Positions 60,726 to 64,000 of a stretch of DNA of 64,000 nt are shown in pieces. Position numbers and translations under genes: made by a program. This stretch comes from an uncultured Methanoregulaceae archaeon. GTDB taxonomy: Archaea; Halobacteriota; Methanomicrobia; Methanomicrobiales; Methanospirillaceae. Location: contig OY970343.1 of NCBI GenBank assembly GCA_963717525.1, positions 1,152,001 to 1,216,000 of the forward strand. Direction: 5' to 3'. Numbering within the stretch: the first letter of the stretch is position 1; each line of letters opens with the position of its first letter. The notes beneath the pieces were generated by a model. That model saw only the letters and a program-made list of their open reading frames with translations. It did no database searches and was not told the origin of the DNA.

Positions 60726-61412
60726 TTACTGGACGGCGTCTACCGTTGCCTTGAGGACGGAGACACCCTGGTCATACACCGCGTTTCCTACCACGATCGT
60801 ATCCGCGTACTTCCCCATCTCGGCCGCTTTCTCTGCCGAATTGATCCCGCCGCCATAGTAGAGGATCGCCCGGTCGATCGCCTCGGACGCCGCTTTTACG
60901 ACAGCCGGGTCACCATAGGTCCCGGAATATTCAATATAGACGATCGGGAAACGGAAGTACCGGTCGGCTACAGCGGTGTATGCGGCGACCTCGGCAGGCT
61001 TGAGATCGCAGGCGGCTTTTGTCACCCGGCCCACTGAAGAAGCAGGGTTGAGGACGATGTAGGCCTCGGGTATCACCAGGTCCCACGGGATTTTGCCATC
61101 CTGTTGCTCGACCCAGAACCGGTGTTTGCCCACAATCCACTGCACGTCAGTCGTGTTCAGCACGCTTGGTACAAAGACATACTCGATCCCCTCGACGAGT
61201 ACCGCCTCAGGGCCTGCAGGTTCCATCACCAGCGGCAGATCATACTTTGCGATCTGCTTCTGGAGGACGAGCAGGTTCTCTTTTGTCACGTTCAGGGTGC
61301 CCGAGAGCATCAGTGCGTCAGTGCCGCTCGTGGCGATGGCATCGATGTCACCGTGCCTGAGCTGCTTATCAGGGTCGAGTTTGGTCACATGCACCCAGTC
61401 TTTCCACTTCAT
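60726..61412 (-). CDS. Geranylgeranylglyceryl phosphate synthase family (PcrB-like, group I)
   Basis: HVTKLDPDK, EAYIVLNP, YIEYSG, YGGGI and VVGNAVY. Start at ATG 61412. Confidence 0.9.
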   Translation of the reverse strand: MKWKDWVHVTKLDPDKQLRHGDIDAIATSGTDALMLSGTLNVTKENLLVLQKQIAKYDLPLVMEPAGPEAVLVEGIEYVFVPSVLNTTDVQWIVGKHRFWVEQQDGKIPWDLVIPEAYIVLNPASSVGRVTKAACDLKPAEVAAYTAVADRYFRFPIVYIEYSGTYGDPAVVKAASEAIDRAILYYGGGINSAEKAAEMGKYADTIVVGNAVYDQGVSVLKATVDAVQ

Positions 61413-61610
61413 GTCAGTATCAGGAATAGATATGTCGTTTATCCCAATAAACCGGTGCACCGGGCGCGAGTCCGTCACCGGGTCATTGTCCGTGATGCCG
61501 ATCCCGGCAGGGAATTCCGTGATTTCTGAGGGACTATAGGAAACGGGCGGAATGGATAACCATATGTCATGATCCGGTCATAGTGATACATAACGAGGCG
61601 AAAACAGGCC

Positions 61611-61976
61611 ATGAGCGGGAAAGCAGTTCTTCTGGTCGAAGATGACGATATCATAGCAAAGATCGCCGACTGGCGCTTAAACAACCTGGGCTACAAGGTC
61701 TGCGGGCGGGCGGTGTCAGGTGCCGAGGCCATGGAGATGGTGGTAAAAAACAAGCCGGATGTTGTCCTTATGGACATCAACCTCAAAGGGGAGATTGACG
61801 GTATCGAGACCGCAAAGATGATCAAAAAAGGGTTTAACATCCCGGTGATCTATGTCACTTCCCACTCCGATGGCCCGACCCTGGAACGGGCGCGCGAGAC
61901 CAGGCCCGATGGATTTATCATCAAGCCCTTCGATGACAATGACCTCAGGGTGGCCATTGAGCTCGTCCTGAAATAA
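61611..61976 (+). CDS. Single-domain response regulator
   Basis: LVEDD, LMDINL...DGI, VTS and IKPF. Confidence 0.92.
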   Translation: MSGKAVLLVEDDDIIAKIADWRLNNLGYKVCGRAVSGAEAMEMVVKNKPDVVLMDINLKGEIDGIETAKMIKKGFNIPVIYVTSHSDGPTLERARETRPDGFIIKPFDDNDLRVAIELVLK

Positions 61977-61986
61977 CCCGGTACTG

Positions 61987-64000
61987 TCAGATCCGGATAA
62001 TAGCATTTTCCTGTTTTTTCCGCATGAGTGACTGGTAGACGAGGATCTTTTCTTCTTCGATCCCGGTGGCGGCAGATAGGATTTTGGCGTTAGCTGCAAT
62101 CAGGCTCTCGCCATTGATGATCCCGGCCCCGGCAAATTTATCCGCAATGGTCGCGGTCATGCCTTTAACCGAGAGCAGTTCCTTTCGCCCTTTTTCCAGC
62201 CTCGCTTTGGGAATCGTTACCGGTATAGGCCGGTGCAGGTATCCGCAGACAAGCGCCAGGTGCCGGTTCACGGTACCGACACTCATGCCGGTCAGCGTAC
62301 TCGAGCTTTTCAACGCCGGCGGCAACAAAATCTTCCGGGCCTTCGATACCCGCCGCGACGTATTTTTTTAGGCTCACCGCAGGGATACCAATCCCTTTCA
62401 AGAGCTGGCCGTTGTGGGTGATCCGGGCCTCGGTGAGAAGGGCACGGGCTTCGTTCTCGCCGATACCAGCCTGCTGGAGCGTCGCAGCACTCGCCCGTGC
62501 GAGGCTTGCCAGGTCGGTCACCCCGGACTCCTTTAACGCTCCCATGATCTTTGCATAGCTGCGCCCTTTCCGGGGGATCAGGTGATTTCTCATAAACTTG
62601 CGACATTCGGAGCGCCGGCGCAGTTTCTCGAGCACTGTTCCTGCCTCATCTTTGAGTTTCTGCGCTGTACCCGGTGCCAGATCAAGGGTTTTTGCAAGAG
62701 CATCAGGTTCGCTGCGGGCGATCTCGGCAACGGTATAGATATGGCGGGCCCGGGCTTTTTCGAGGAGCACCTCATCCATGGAAGGGATCTCGGTGAGCGA
62801 TTCTGCGTTGGAGCTGATATGGTGGCAGAGCGGACAGCCGATGTCCCAGGGGCGGGCGCCTTTCCGCACGAGGCGCACGAAATGGAGGTGGTGCTTCTCG
62901 CAGATATCATCGGTGCGGACCGCCCAGCCCCACTGGGTGACAGGAAGCCCGATGTTGAACGTACACTCAGGGTACCGGGAGCAGCCGATAAACTGGGTCG
63001 AGCCCCGCATATGCTTGATCGCCAGCGTCCCCCCACAGGCAGGGCAGCGGCCAAGATTGAGTTCTTCTGCCGTCCGGTCCCGGATATCATCCCCGATCAC
63101 CTGCTCGTTTGCCTCAAGCTGGTCGAATGCCTTATGCAGCATGCTGCGCGATTCTTCAATCACATCATCGGGAGTACGCCTGCTCTCTTTTATCTGCTGC
63201 ATATGCGACTCGATTGTCTGGGTCATATCGGGTCTGGTGATCGCATCGGCATTATGCTCGAGCGCCTCGGTTACGACACGGCCTACAAGCGTCGGGCGCA
63301 GCGGGTTCCCTTCGACGTACTTGCGGGAGACGAGTTTTGCGATCACCTCGTGCCTGGTACTCTTGGTCCCAAGACCGAGTTCCTCCATTCTCTGGATGAG
63401 CTTGCTCTGCGTGTACCGGGCCGGGGGCAGCGTCTCCTTTTCATCGAGGCTGACTTTTTTTATCGGCAGTTTCTCACCGTTGACAAAGACCGGGAGGATC
63501 GTCTCCCTGGCCTCGGAGAACGGGTATACGGTGTGCCAGCCCGGTTCTGTCAGGAGACCTCCGGTTGTTGTGTAGGTTTCACCGCCGGCATCGAAGTTCA
63601 CTTTCAGGGTTTGCCAGAGGGCATCCGGGGCAAGGGTCGCAAGGAACCGGCGGAGCACCAGTTCGTAGATCCGGAATGCATCGTCCCCGATCCCTTCCTT
63701 TGTTGCGACCCCGGTGGGATGGATTGGCGGGTGGTCCGTGGAGGACTTCTTGCCCCGGGTTGGCTCAGCGCGCCGGTGGGCGATGGTCCATTCCACGTCT
63801 TTTTTAAACGGTGAGTTCCGTATCGTGGCAAGCACGCCGTTTAAATCGAGCGATGCCGGGTAGACCGTGTTGTCCGTCCTCGGGTAAGAGATGTACCCGT
63901 TCATGTACAGTTCTTCAGCGATCCGCATCGCGTTTGCCGCTGAAAAACCAAGCCGTGCAGCGGCAACGATGTAGGTTGTTGTATCAAACGGCGACGGGGA
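61987..64000 (-). CDS. topA: DNA topoisomerase I (type IA), 5' partial, with Zn ribbons and HhH-like tail; frameshift at ~62303
   Basis: GYISYPRTD (catalytic Tyr), DHPPIHPT, GLGTKSTR and Zn ribbons CPAC/CSRYPEC/CPLC. The tail continues in the 61987-62328 frame (STLTGMSVGTVNRH...LLSVKGM). Confidence 0.93.

Noticed and set aside
5150..62310. Programmed ribosomal frameshifting as the cause of the split genes
   Set aside because: There are no shared slippery heptamers or stimulatory structures, directions are mixed, and recQ alone has four shifts.
6054..63814. Long antisense or alternate-frame ORFs (e.g. 6054-7160, 38829-40544, 49582-50400, 62582-63814)
   Set aside because: These are shadows of well-supported genes in GC-rich DNA with few stop codons on the opposite strand.
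4654..63928. Calling recQ, uvrB, ogt, purB, topA, the large kinase and the dehydratase-family gene pseudogenes
   Set aside because: All motifs are intact, I saw no nonsense substitutions, housekeeping genes are affected, and the indels sit at GTAC/AGCT or in C/G runs. Sequencing error is more likely.
1..64000. CRISPR array, tRNA/rRNA, IS element or prophage
   Set aside because: I saw no regularly spaced repeats, cloverleaf or rRNA signatures, transposase or integrase. The HK97-fold gene is an encapsulin with cargo, not a capsid in a viral context.

Overview
This is an archaeal chromosomal window from a hydrogenotrophic methanogen. Gene content and style point to Methanomicrobiales, Methanoregula-like (inference). 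From left to right it holds: the end of a type IV pilus locus; recQ and uvrC; a family 1 encapsulin with a ferritin-like cargo that carries a targeting peptide; queC; feoB with a DtxR-FeoA regulator and two operator palindromes; form III RuBisCO; uvrB; PAS and histidine-kinase sensors; polB, mdh, pyrD, pyrK, mobA, panE, ogt, an XPD helicase, purB, thrS and dcd. Next comes a ~15.5 kb sulfur/redox island (44074-59531) around a stand-alone formylmethanofuran dehydrogenase operon (GDBAC). The island contains two paralogous single-chain DsrH-DsrE-DsrF-like fusions, a cysteine desulfurase, a rubredoxin with an insertion, a sulfite-reductase-like protein and an OsmC / double-cubane-type reductase / ATP-dependent activator operon. 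The window ends with trmJ, a GGGP synthase-family gene, a response regulator and topA. I located 14 single-base frameshifts, several in housekeeping genes. Nine lie at GTAC or AGCT, which suggests methylation-related long-read consensus errors rather than pseudogenes. I saw no rRNA, tRNA, CRISPR array or transposase. All calls come from reading motifs by eye; no searches were run.
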